Source of the DNA: Eremomyces bilateralis CBS 781.70
Taxonomy: Eukaryota
DNA length: 64,000 bases
Strand: one strand, 5' to 3'
Assembly: GCA_010015585.1 (NCBI GenBank)
Contig: ML975155.1
How positions within the stretch are numbered: position 1 is the stretch's first letter; each line of letters starts with the position of its first letter. Below the pieces are notes generated by a model. That model saw only the letters and a program-made list of their open reading frames with translations. It was not told the origin of the DNA and did not search any database. The position numbers were made by a program, and so were the translations under genes. Below are positions 13,074 through 24,868 of the stretch, in pieces.

Positions 13074-14144
13074 ATGTCGTCGTCATATCCAAAAGAACTT
13101 GAAGTTGCCCTTCTGGCAGTTCAGCGAGCTTCCATTCTCACAAAACAAGTCTTCCATGCGAAATCCAAAGGAACCTTGACGAAATCCGATGCCTCTCCGG
13201 TCACCATCGGTGACTATGGAGCACAGGCCCTGATTATTTCGGCGTTGAAGCATAACTTTCCCTCTGATGAGATTGTTGCCGAAGAAGAATCAACGGATCT
13301 TCAACAGGATGCGGCCCTGAAAGATCTGGTCTGGAACCTGGTTAAAGAAACCAAACTGGATGACCCTTCCGCGGAAACCACTTTGGGAGGCTCAATCACT
13401 GATGCAGAAAGCATGTTAAATATCATCGATCAAGGCAACAGCAAGGGTGGCGGGAAGGGACGGATCTGGACTATTGACCCTATCGACGGAACCAAAGGTT
13501 TCTTACGCGGTGGGCAGTATGCTGTGTGTGTTGCCCTTATTGTGGACGGAGATGTCAAAGTGGGAGTCCTAGGATGCCCTAACCTTCCGGTCGACGATTC
13601 TGCACCCTTAGAGGGCGGCATTGGAGAGAATCAGTCCGATGCTGAGGGCAAAGGCGCCCTTGCGAGCGCCGTGAAAGGGGAAGGGTCACAGAGCCGACCT
13701 CTTGGCACCGGCAAGCTGCAGACACCGCGGAAGATCTCAGTTCAAAGCATTAGCACTCCCTCAGAAGCAGCATTCTGCGAAAGTGTGGAAGCAAACCATT
13801 CATCGCATGGAGACAACGCGAAGATTGCGAAGAAGCTCGATATCACCAAACCCAGCGTACGGATGGATTCCCAGGCGAAATACTTTTCGGTGGCGAGGGG
13901 TGCAGGTGACATTTATTTGAGGCTTCCAGTTCGAGGAGGGAACTACATCGAAAAGATCTGGGACCATGCTGCAGGTGACTTGATCACTAGGGAATCAGGA
14001 GGCACTGTCACCGATATCAGGGGCAAGAGTCTTGACTTTTCTCAGGGTCCACTCCTCACCGGAAACACGGGCGTGGTAGCAGCAGGGTCTGCCATACATG
14101 CTCAAGTGCTGAAAGTTGTTCAGGAGGTATTGAGCGTTGAATAA
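13074..14144 (+). CDS. MET22: 3'(2'),5'-bisphosphate nucleotidase (Hal2/Met22); possible upstream start at 12921
   Basis: KSDASPVTIGDY, WTIDPIDGTKGFLRGGQYAV, DSQAKY and EKIWDHAAG motifs. Confidence 0.95.
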   Translation: MSSSYPKELEVALLAVQRASILTKQVFHAKSKGTLTKSDASPVTIGDYGAQALIISALKHNFPSDEIVAEEESTDLQQDAALKDLVWNLVKETKLDDPSAETTLGGSITDAESMLNIIDQGNSKGGGKGRIWTIDPIDGTKGFLRGGQYAVCVALIVDGDVKVGVLGCPNLPVDDSAPLEGGIGENQSDAEGKGALASAVKGEGSQSRPLGTGKLQTPRKISVQSISTPSEAAFCESVEANHSSHGDNAKIAKKLDITKPSVRMDSQAKYFSVARGAGDIYLRLPVRGGNYIEKIWDHAAGDLITRESGGTVTDIRGKSLDFSQGPLLTGNTGVVAAGSAIHAQVLKVVQEVLSVE

Positions 14145-14264
14145 GGCTCAGTTGATAGTACAAGCCATCGACACCAGTCTGGCAGAAGACCAGTAGTATA
14201 CACCCGAACGCTATGCAGAACCATATTTATACAAAGACGAACAACATACCACATTTTTGGCCCC

Positions 14265-15103
14265 TTACTTAATCTTCTTCGCCTTGAGACGAATCGTCTC
14301 CCCGTTCACAAATATTCCTTTCCCTTTATATGGCTCTGGCGGCCGCCATTTCCGTATCTTCGCCGCAAATGACATGACCACCTCCTTCTCAATCCCTTCC
14401 AATAGCAATCGTGTAGGTTGGGGTGTGCTCGCTTTGACGCCTTTGGGTATTCCAAGCTCGACCGGATGAGAGAACCCAACCTTGAGGTTGACGAACTGTT
14501 GTCCTGGGTATTCTGAGGATACCGTGGTCGCGGTAGGTTCGATAGAAGAGCGGTATCCTACACCCACGAAGCGCAGAATCGCTGTGTGGCCTTCGGAGAC
14601 TCCCAATATGTGATTTTGTAGGTATGCTCGCGTGGTTCCTAGTTCTGTGAGTACTTCGCGTGAAACGGTGATGTCTGATTCCAACATACCCCACATCTCC
14701 CGTTGATGACGGACTTTGCGATCCTCGACGGATACGGTCACTGCGCCTCCGTCTTCTGACCGTTCTATCGCGACGAATGTGGGGATTTCCATGGACAATT
14801 CACCTACGCCAACTGTCAGCGATGGGATCCTCTGCCAGTATGCAGAATGCGTTGCCAACCTAATGGTCCTTTGATAACAGCATTAAATGGTTTTTCAAGG
14901 TCTGCATATTTCCCTTTCCGAAGAGTCGGTGGTAGGACATCAAATGTCACTTCTGGCGGTATTGAGAGGACCATCCCCCCGATCTTGGATTCTCTGCGCG
15001 AGGAAACTGTGAATTGGCGGACGGCGAAGGCGCGGGTTGTCGCCGCATTCTTGCAGCAGGTGGACAAGGAGCTGCCGAAAGCAGCTCGCTTGAGGATTAT
15101 CAT
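14265..15103 (-). CDS. MRPL6: Mitochondrial ribosomal protein uL6m; introns 14804-14859 and 14639-14689
   Basis: Arg/Ser-rich presequence, GVGYR, LKVGFSHPV and RKWRPPEPYKGKGI. Confidence 0.93.
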
Positions 15104-15600
15104 CCTAGATGTGGGTTGTAGTCTGGAGATCCACGGTTCTGAAGCGCATTTCAGACATTGAACGAGAGACTGAAGTCAATTCATGAAGTCCTTCGGAGGT
15201 TTCCGCCAAGGATTTGGTAGAGCTTCCGCCAGAGGCGATCCACCCCCGTCCGCGGATTTCACATCACTTCCACATCTGACCAATCACACGCTGATCCATT
15301 TACTTCCGCTCCGCCCATCTCCGCTCCACGCTACTTCACTCCATCAGTGAAATATCACTTGAATCTATCAACTTCCTCCTATTATATCTGGCCAGTAATC
15401 AAGTACAGAAATTGTCACTTTAATCCAACACTCACATTGCTCTGGAATGGCAATTTAATTAGACGTCTACGTCTGCATCCAGATCTTTCCCACTTCTCGG
15501 CCATGATCGCCTGGATCTCAAACTGAACAGATCCAAGGGATCTGCATATACCAATTCATGCTAACCACGCTGTAGCTGACCCAGATCAGCAGCTCTCACG

Positions 15601-17442
15601 ATGAAGCCGTCATGGGCCTTTCAACTTATACTCGAATCTATGGTCTGCCAGTTAGTTTGGGGTACTGGGGAGGGGATGGTGAATCAGCAGGATCAAGGTG
15701 AGATCGATACGTTTTATAGTCAATTGTAGAAGTTAACGTTTTAGATGTTATACCAATAGATACAGCTTCAAGAGATATGGTGCTCTCGAAAGCGTCGGCC
15801 ATTCTAAAGGAACTCACCGCGATGTCAAGTTGCCACAGAGAGGCGACCAAAGCGCTCTACCACTCGTGTAGTGCCCTTGGAAGTGACGAGAAATCGACGA
15901 TTAGTTCCACCAATAACTCCCCCACGCCTAACGGCCCCAAATTCCGCCCCGTCAGCGTCGATGGATTTCACAACACCTACGCACTTCGTCTCGGACTGTG
16001 CGAGATCCAGTCTGCTGGTGTTAGACTTCCGAAGCAGTGTGAACCAGTTGCCGACCCTCGGCCCTGCAGGAAAACAGGCATTGTTTCTCTCTGGTCTTAT
16101 GATTGCGATCGTGGCGAGGTAGAATTCGCTCGCCTTGAGCATGAAATGAGATGCCGGCAAGCTCTAATGGATTCCTCCGCGCATTGGACTAGTTACAGCA
16201 ACAACCGTCAAAATGCAGTGGCTCTGTGCTATTCCGCTAGGGCTAGTATCGAACATGGTATGTATAATTAAGGCGTGGAGAGCGCAGTTACAGGTCGATC
16301 GCCGAATATATTGGGAACACGTGCGCTGACTTATCATCCCTAGAGGAAACAGCGCGCCTCTTCAAGGACATGGTTGAGGATGCCCAGCAAGTTCAAGAAA
16401 GGCTTGGAATCTCTGTAAAAACCCTTCGAGATCTCAATGAACAAACGATGCGAACCAACGATTACATCATGACTGGACTCCGTCAGATCAGAAATGGAGT
16501 ACTGAGTTTCAGTGCGTCACTAGAAACTATCAAGGCGACCGTCATGCAATCTATCATGTCCATACTCCAGGAAATGCACCAAGAAGCCGAATCGGCAGCA
16601 TCGGTTGGTTGAAACTAATATTCAACTCCACATACCTAACCAGAACTTAGAATGTCCGGGAAAACGCGCAAGAAATGGACCAGTTTCAAAGGCGAGCCTC
16701 GAACCAACTAGAGCTTGTTGCATGGCAAATGGAAAAGCGCATCGCGGAGGACGCGGAATATGCTGCCCTTGTCAAAGAGTCTCAACATCAGATCGTGGCT
16801 CTTGCGAACTCCCTCAGTGGCCTTGAGGTCCGTGCCAGAGAGATGCAGATACTCATGGAGACGGGGCATGCTGCTATGGCCAATATGACCCAAGAAGCTA
16901 TCGAGGCTAGGGCGGAGCTATCTGAGATACGAACGCTGTCTCTCGAGCTCCACGATCATTTCGAATCATTTTTGCAGGTGGCTGAATACCTTAGCCAATT
17001 CCCTACCTGGCTCTCATACATTTTCCTTATTTTCCTAGCCTCAATGGCTTTCATCAGTTGCTGCATTATGGTAATTTTCCTCGGCAACAAATTCCCTACA
17101 TTACGTGCAGCCATCGTCATCAGCGGTAAGTTCGTGATTGTCAACCATCTTCACGGGTTGTCATATCAACGAGGTCAAATTGACTGACTAGAGTCAGTCC
17201 TTTTCACCACCTTATCCGGACTTACTTATGTGATGGTCTGCGCTGGACATGGCAAGTCAACTCATTAATTAGGTATTTCCACATTCTAAACTAACTCAAC
17301 CGAAGCCGGTTTCAATCTCTACACCCTGATCACTCTCACATTTGCCTGCCTACACATACCACTGACCATCGCGGGGTTGATGACCTATTTCTGGAATGAA
17401 AATGAAGATTCGGAAGAAGAACATCACGATGATCGGGTTTGA
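15601..17442 (+). CDS. KAR5: Nuclear membrane fusion protein Kar5/Tht1, multi-exon
   Basis: Signal-like first exon (MKPSWAFQLIL..), Cys-rich domain (CHREAT..C..YALRLGLCEI..WTSYSNNRQNAVALC), coiled coil and C-terminal TM helices. The first four exons join in frame; the 3' exons are approximate. Confidence 0.85.
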
Positions 17443-17634
17443 ACGATATTACAAACAGCTAGAATGGCCGATAGGTACACAGAAGGAGCGAACTACTTAT
17501 GATTAAAGTAGATAATTATCTAGAAGGAAATGTTATTACATTTGAGAGGAATGCAGCCGTTCAAGCTCCATTGGGTTGATGTCCATGCCAATGAAAATGT
17601 TGAAATGTCGACCATCAGATGTGAGAAGAGTGAC

Positions 17635-18418
17635 TTAATTCCGTCCCTCATCCATCCAAAATGCGTTCCATGCTTCCTTCCACTTCTTTTCCTCGAGCTC
17701 TATCAGCCAATCTTTAAACGCAAACCTTTCCTCCCCAATGGATAGAATCCCATCTTTACACCCCTTCCATCCTTCTATCGGGCCTTACATACTGATGACC
17801 ATGTACACAAATTGAGCGCCAGGGAGCCGGCTCTTTGCCTTCCTCTTGGGCAATTTTGTGGTTGATGCATTCTTCGCAAAGTAGGGTGTCCACGCAGTAA
17901 GAACACAGGTACAGCGGCGATTCTGTCCAGTTCGAAAACGATTTGTAGCACGAATCGCAGGCGGCGGAGATGTCGTCAAGGTCTTCATTCCCAGCGGACA
18001 ACTCAGCCGTCGTTTGGTCTGGGTCGACTGACTGCTCTCCATCGACGCCCGGACCTTGGAGCCCATCTGCCGATGCACTGCTATTCGCTTGGTTGACATT
18101 AGCAGTATCGTCACTCGGCCCTGCACTCTCCTCAGTGGGTTAGTCTTCCGCTGTGACGCTGGTCTCATCCTCGTCTTCATCTGCTTTATCAGGTTCTCGT
18201 ATATCCTTATCGACGATGTAGAACTGGCAGGACAAAGCGATCTGAGCATCCCTCTCTAAGCCAGGCAGACAAGCAAGGGATTTCGCCAGCATTCGAAAGC
18301 TTGGAAAATCATTCCAGCCTTCCGAGTCAGAAAGAGCCTCAACACATCCTTTGAAAATGCCGTCTAAGCTGTCTTGGAAGTCTCTTGCCGGCCCCAATTT
18401 CTTGGTCATGAGCGCCAA
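17635..18418 (-). pseudogene. 5'-truncated remnant resembling the C-terminus of fungal NACHT/TPR proteins with a ZZ-like Cys finger
   Basis: ORFs 18140-18418 and 17756-18001 are in the same frame, separated by one TAA. They contain CDSC..CSYCVDTLLCEEC..C..GH. A frameshift near 17785 restores GPIEGWKG..FKDWL..KKWKEAW. Confidence 0.65.
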
Positions 18419-18783
18419 GGGAATGCTGGTTTGAAAAATGAAAACTCATTCTTTGCGGATAAGCAGATTGACAACTAAGAAGCAAAACCGAACTTTGCAT
18501 AGCCTTGTGGACTAATTTACATATACAACGACACATACTCGGTAGTAATATTCTGTATCGTTCGTGGGTACCAACAAGAATTTCTGTGCTTCGTATTGAG
18601 CGGAATTGAACGTCGAACATCAGAGGCAGTGGTGGGTGATCAGGAACCCCTGCAGCTGGTGCTGCTTCTGTATCCATAAGGCTGAAAAGGGGACGGCGAT
18701 GTATGCATCGGCTATTAGGGGACGTCGGATCTGGGAATAAGGAGTACTCCAGATATACTATGTAGTGGTGAATTGCGTACGTC

Positions 18784-19274
18784 TAGGGCTGGACACGAAT
18801 AAGGATTTTGGCTATTCGTATTCGACTTTTCCTCTTGAACGATTATTCGTATTCGACTAAGTTTTGAGACGTTTTATTCGTATTATTCGCGAATATTCGT
18901 AAATAATGCCAAGACTTATTCGGCAAAAGCCGAGCCAATGAATGAATGCCCAACAGTCGCGACTTTTGTTTACCCGAACACGATCTGGAGGATTTGAGCT
19001 CTAAGAGATACAAAGCATATCAATAGCGTCGAATTGATCACTCCTGACGATTCAGCAAGCCAAGTGACCCCAGCTTAAAGCTCTCTGTCGACCATCTCTC
19101 CGATGCGAGATACATGGAAATAGCTTCAGAGATAGACGAATAATTACGAATAATTACGAATAATGCGAATATTATTCGTACGAATATTAGTAAGCGGAAA
19201 TTCTAAATTTTATTCGTATTCGACTACGAATATTCGTACGAATACGAATAGTCGAATATTCGTGTCCAGCCCTA
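18784..19274. mobile_element. Non-autonomous hAT-superfamily DNA transposon (MITE-like), 491 bp
   Basis: Perfect 18-bp TIR TAGGGCTGGACACGAATA; 8-bp TSD CGTACGTC at 18776-18783 and 19275-19282; many subterminal TATTCG/CGAATA repeats. Confidence 0.95.
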
Positions 19275-19421
19275 CGTACGTCTTCATATTTGGGAGGTAA
19301 GGACAACACCGAGGATACGGTAGATATTAAATATAACGATGATCGTGAGGACCTGGGGAGTGGAAATCCCTTGAGGCTATATTATGGATAATGCAGAACT
19401 GAAAGTCGACCAAAGACCAGC

Positions 19422-19454
19422 TCAGCTCAACTCAACTCAACTCAACTCAACTCA
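19422..19454. repeat. (CTCAA)n pentanucleotide microsatellite
   Basis: ctcagctcaactcaactcaactcaactcaactc. Confidence 0.85.
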
Positions 19455-19982
19455 CTCCTCTCATCCCTCCCTCATTGATTTCATTTTGATGCATTGATCA
19501 AATCGTACCTGGTCGTACTTCTAGTTCACGGCAATCCGAATCACTGGACTAAATCCGACACGAGTAAGATATTCCATTGCTTTCAGACATGTATTCGAAG
19601 GTTGAACGGCTCAGATCCGGCAATGAGGACGTGTTAGAAAAGGCCATTGAAGCAGATATCATGGTAACACACTCATGAGTACACTATTCGTATAACTATG
19701 AGATTTCTCTGATTTATCGGAGAACCTATGAAATGACGCACTATTGTCCTCCGATTGGTGGCCATGAACCAGGACGTGATGTGAGGACGGGGTCGTTTTA
19801 ATTTCTTGCGTATGATTTATTGGTTACATTCAATATCGTTATACTTCCATTTCATTCCGTTTAGTCTATTTGATGAAATTCTCCGCCAGTTCCAAATCGT
19901 ACTATTTTCATATAATGGCTCTCCACACATTCGATGTGCTTCGCCTGTGTGAACTCCACGCAGCTGGTCCACCCAACAGATC

Positions 19983-21125
19983 ATGACGATGCAGTTCAGA
20001 ATCTTGTGCATGCTGCTCACTGTCGCTGGATTGTCATCTTACATCAGAGGAGTCCTAGGCGGCAGCAACGGGCTGGAAAGCCGTCAGGCTGCATCTAACT
20101 TTGCTGGCTACCTAATCAGCACCTTTTCGGATCCGAATCCAAAGGTTCAGTTCTACCTGTCAAACGGAAATGATCCTGGGAGCTACTCGTTCTTAAACAA
20201 AGGACGGCCTGTTTTGACATCCACTGTCGGAACCAAAGCTGTTAGGGATGTATTCTTGACCTATGATGGGAACAGAACGAAGTGGTACATCATCGCAACT
20301 GGTGAGGAGGTCTGGTATCGAATGGAGGACTTCCACTGATATGCTCCAACTGGTCAGACCTCGACATCAACGCCCGTGGTTTCTCATGGGACGTCGCTAC
20401 CAGAAGAGGCAGTCGAGGGATCGTCGTATGGTCATCAGACAATCTAGTGGATTGGTCTTCGCCTTCACTAAGAATGTAAGGGGTCCGGATTGGAATGTCT
20501 CCTTACCCAACATACGCTTACACGCACTAGTGTGGAAGATGAGACGGCTGGAATGGTGTGGGCGCCGTCCGCAGTATGGGATGATGCCACTGCGAAATTT
20601 TATGTCTTCTGGTCCTCGCGTTTCTACAACAGAAATGACCACGGGCATACTGGAGCTGCCAATCCCGACCGCATCCGATTCTCGACGACCAAGGATTTCG
20701 CAACCTTCTCTGGTGCTAAAGACTATGTGGCACCGGGAAATACACCCGTCATTGACCAGGAGTTCCAGTACTTAGGCACTCCAGGCCACTTTGCCCGATT
20801 CATCAAGGATGAAACGCAGAACCAAATGTACCAGGAAACTACCACCGGAGGCCTCTTTGGTCAGTGGACTAAGAGAGGCGGTTTCGTCAGGCCCGAGAAA
20901 CCTCGAGAGGGAGCAGCATGCTTCGCGGATAATGTAACTCCTGGTTTATATCATTTGCTTCTCGACGATTACACGCAGTATATCCCGTATGAGACGAACA
21001 ACATTAACAACCCATCTTGGCGCCCGTCGGACTACCGGAACTTTCCAAAGGGGTTGAAACATGGATCGGTCACCCCTTTGCTTAAGGCAGAATATGACTT
21101 GTTGAGGGCATGTTATCCCTCTTGA
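19983..21125 (+). CDS. Secreted glycoside hydrolase family 43 protein (arabinosidase-like), two introns
   Basis: Signal peptide followed by [49 protein letters not shown] and KHGSVTP. Confidence 0.88.
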
Positions 21126-21609
21126 GATGCCGCACGGAGATAGGGGGAGTGGGGGGTGGGGTTAAATAGCTTAGGTGTCATGGGCCCAAACCACGAAGGA
21201 TTTGGTAAGCTGGTAACGCTGATGAATTGCTAAAGAGAAAGGAAAAGATCTCTCTTACTGCGATCTGCTATTTACATCTGTGGGCGAACGGTCTACCTAT
21301 CCCTTCTGCCTTAGGCCGCAAGGCCACAACACACAGACTGGGCGAAGCCCAAGACTGTCACATTAGGAGCCAACTAGAATGGTGATTGTGGTGAACCTAG
21401 CGATCTTGATGTTCGAGGAATGTTTCGAAAGCAGATATTCGTCAATATACATACATATTCACGCTAAATTCAAATCCTCCCAGTCGCCCTAATGATCCTC
21501 TAGCTGAAACGCCGTGCTGGGAGGTATTCGACTCCGCATACCGACAGCAGATCACAAAAACATTTTGGAACTCTAACGTCCCTATCGTGGATTTTCGATA
21601 AACACACAT

Positions 21610-22470
21610 TTAACCCCGGCCGTTAGAACCATGCCCTGCTCCCTGATACCCAGTGTCGTAATGGAATTGCTCTTCGGGGACTTGATATACGCCCAAGTCT
21701 AGGCTGTTTTCGCCCGCCCCTGCCTTCTTGGCGCTGAAGGGAGTACGCAGAGTACTCTTCGTCCCCTCGTGTTGCGCCGAGTTATGGGAATTCGAGGGTG
21801 ATGAGCGCGGCGATGATGATGTTTCGAATACCGTCTCCCCATGCAGCGCGCCCGGTTGCAGGGGCTTTCTATCGAGGTCTTGCATCGGATTATATTTCCC
21901 AAGGCGATTGGATCGGCGGAAGACATGGATATCAAGCAACATGGCTGCCAGCGTTGATGTACTACGGCATATTGTTAGACCTAGGCTGGATAGAAACCTC
22001 ATGGGGTTTCAAACTCAAGAGAGTGGCATTTGGGAGAACACGTACAATCCGGTCAAGGCGAACGTGAAGAGGGCTTTGTAGATCCTGCACACCATGACAC
22101 CCGCCTGCTCATGCCAGTTCTCCTTATTGCAATAATGGAACAGCGTCTGCGAGGAATACCACGACAACAGCGCGAACCCAACCACCCATATCACGAAGAG
22201 ACCGGAGTTCAGGACCAGGTTCAGCTTCGGATTTAGTCCGAAGCAGCAGTGCAAGAGCATCGTGCCCGCTAGGACGAGCACCGTGAAGAACGAGACCGCT
22301 AGTAAGAGGATAAACGTCCATGGAATGCCCCAACGGTCTCTGGAGAGGTGGTAGACGAAATAGCACATTATCGACCCCACGATGATCGACGAGATTAGCT
22401 GGGCCAGCCGCAGGAAGTGGAATGCGAATCGGGGGTAGTGCGTCGGCGGGGTTTTCGTTCGGAACGCCAT
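21610..22470 (-). CDS. MARVEL-like four-TM membrane protein, one intron (~21963-22045)
   Basis: LRLAQLISSIIV start, four hydrophobic helices, a C..W..C loop and a hydrophilic tail. Confidence 0.75.
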
Positions 22471-23185
22471 TTTGATGATAATGATTCAGAACAATTCAAG
22501 AAGAGAAGAAAAGACGTATGGATTAAATGAGCAACGCAGCATCCCAATGACTTATGACACGAACGAAGGTGAAGTCGATAGGAGAAACGAGGACGAGATG
22601 ACCTTCGTTCGCAGGTTATTTGTTGCACGTCTCCAAGTCCGTCGGAACCAAGGCTATCTATCTCGTGGTCTCAACTAGGCGACAGGGGCTGTTTCGTGTT
22701 CGGTTTGGGGGACGAACAGTGGCTGCAGCGGGCAGCGCGAAACCACTACGCCCCGGCCCGGCCGGTCTAGGCTCGAGGAGTTATTGGTGGCGATATCGAT
22801 GCCCCTGATCCAATAATATTGATATTTCAATCTGCATCCAAGCACTTTTCAGCTCACGCCTCAATTTCGTGTTTGATCGGGTAAACTCTTCTGTCATAGT
22901 CAAGACATCAGTAGGACATTGGATAAAAAGGTTCCGGTTCGCTGACATGTATATTGTATAGTATATTATGAACCTTGAATCTTGAATCTATTGTCCGGTG
23001 TCGAACATGGATATAGTTTCAGTTGAAATGTTGAGCTTGAGTTGAATAAACCTGAGGCAAATGGTATATTGGTGCCTAAGGCATGAAATCTGTAAGGCGC
23101 TCACATTTTCTTTCACCAAGTTTGAAAAGCCTTGTCGATCAAGAATTCATATATTACCTACGAAAATCAACTTCATTTTGCAGTC

Positions 23186-24868
23186 ATGGAATCGGCCCCG
23201 GTGTTATCCACTCCGGATACTCAGATTTTTGATTATGATGTCCAGCCGACGGTGGAACGAACTTCACGGCTTTCTGAAGAGCAACTTCGAATTACCTATG
23301 ATATCCAACGAACCGTGGCGGAGATCAGGAGGCGAAGATGGCATCGAGTTGCGCTTCAATTCCCTGATGCCATGCTGAAGGATGCTCCACGAGTAATTGA
23401 TGCTTTGCAAAAAGACCTCTCGCGTCCTCAGCCGGAGACTCTGGAGGAGGTCGAACAGGGAGAGGATCCACTGGCATCTCAAGTGGCCAGTCTTTCGATC
23501 GCCGACCCAACCGGTACTGAAGTGAAGCTCTTTATTCTTGGAGACACGTCTTATGGCTCATGCTGCGTCGATGAAGTTGCAGCAGAGCACTTGGACGCTG
23601 ATTCGGTCGTTCATTATGGACGAGGATGTCTATCCCCCACTGCCCGACTTCCAGTTCTCCATATTTTCACCGTTCAACCTCTTATACTCGAGTCTGTTAT
23701 ATCAACGTTCAAGATGATTTACCCTGACGCACAGGAAAAGGTCGTTCTGATGGCTGATATGCCGCTCATGACACACCTGGACAAGATATACGCCGAGTTA
23801 CTCGGGCAAGGCTACAAGAACGTGCAGATGACTTCAGTCGTCCACGATCCATCTGCCTTGCTTCCCAACCGGGCACTCCCCACAGCTATCGATTCAGCCG
23901 AAGCGCTTCAAGATTATAGCTTGTTTCATATCGGGGACCCACCTACAGCGCTGCTTCTAACCGTTTCGGCCCGGGCAAAGAACCTCAATATCTATTCAAT
24001 CGATGCCGATGGTTCCACGCTGCCAAGTGTAGCGCAAGGAAACGCATCAGCGACTCTTCGACGTCGGTATGGACTAGTCACGTCGTTGAGTACCGTATCA
24101 GTATTCGGCATTCTCATCAACACTTTGTCCGTCCGCAATTATATGGATATTCTCGAGTACGTCAAGAAGCAAATCGCTGCTGCAGGAAAGAAAAGTTACA
24201 CTTTCGTTGTTGGCAAGATCAATGCTGCTAAAGTGGCAAACTTCAGTGAGATCGGCGGCTGGGTGGTCATTGGATGCTGGGAGAGCAGTCTGATTGAAAA
24301 CCAGGAGTTCTGGAGACCTATCATCACGCCGTTTGAACTAGATATTGTGCTGAAGAGCGATGAAGAACGGGTCTGGACTGGCCAGTGGTCCAGTGACTAT
24401 CAGACTTTGCTTAACAAGGCCCTTGATAGCGAGCAAAAGTCCGAGCACCTCAACGGGACGGAAACCGCATCCAAATCGGCGCAGAACGGCTTCCAAGAAG
24501 ACATATCTGACGATGAGTCGGCACCTCCAGAATTTGATTTGCGGAGCGGCAGATACGTGTCTCATTCGCGGCCAATGGCACCATCGAATGCATCGACCCG
24601 CGCAGACAGGTCGCAAAACGCGCACCCTAATAAATCCAAGTCAACGTCGCTGGTCAAGCGAGCCAATGGCGATATCGCTCAGATTGGAGGAATCGTGTCA
24701 CCTGGAGCAGAATTTCTTCGTGGGAGAGAGTGGCAAGGCCTGGGTAGTGACTTTAATACTGAGCAGGATGGGTTGCCGCTCAGTAGCGAGCTGCAAGGTG
24801 GAGAGATGGAAGAGGGGAGAGGCGGTGTTGCACGTGGCTACTCTGGTGGGAATCTAGAGAAAACATGA
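23186..24868 (+). CDS. DPH2: Diphthamide biosynthesis protein 2
   Basis: APVLSTP, VALQFPD, LGDTSYGSCCVDEVAAEH, VVGKINAAKVANF, PPEFDLRSGRY and WQGLGSD..EEGRGGVARGY. Confidence 0.96.
   Translation: MESAPVLSTPDTQIFDYDVQPTVERTSRLSEEQLRITYDIQRTVAEIRRRRWHRVALQFPDAMLKDAPRVIDALQKDLSRPQPETLEEVEQGEDPLASQVASLSIADPTGTEVKLFILGDTSYGSCCVDEVAAEHLDADSVVHYGRGCLSPTARLPVLHIFTVQPLILESVISTFKMIYPDAQEKVVLMADMPLMTHLDKIYAELLGQGYKNVQMTSVVHDPSALLPNRALPTAIDSAEALQDYSLFHIGDPPTALLLTVSARAKNLNIYSIDADGSTLPSVAQGNASATLRRRYGLVTSLSTVSVFGILINTLSVRNYMDILEYVKKQIAAAGKKSYTFVVGKINAAKVANFSEIGGWVVIGCWESSLIENQEFWRPIITPFELDIVLKSDEERVWTGQWSSDYQTLLNKALDSEQKSEHLNGTETASKSAQNGFQEDISDDESAPPEFDLRSGRYVSHSRPMAPSNASTRADRSQNAHPNKSKSTSLVKRANGDIAQIGGIVSPGAEFLRGREWQGLGSDFNTEQDGLPLSSELQGGEMEEGRGGVARGYSGGNLEKT

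Noticed and set aside
18830..19262. Repeated TATTCG/CGAATA units suggestive of a CRISPR or satellite array
   Set aside because: No constant repeat-spacer period, the context is eukaryotic, and they are explained as hAT subterminal repeats.
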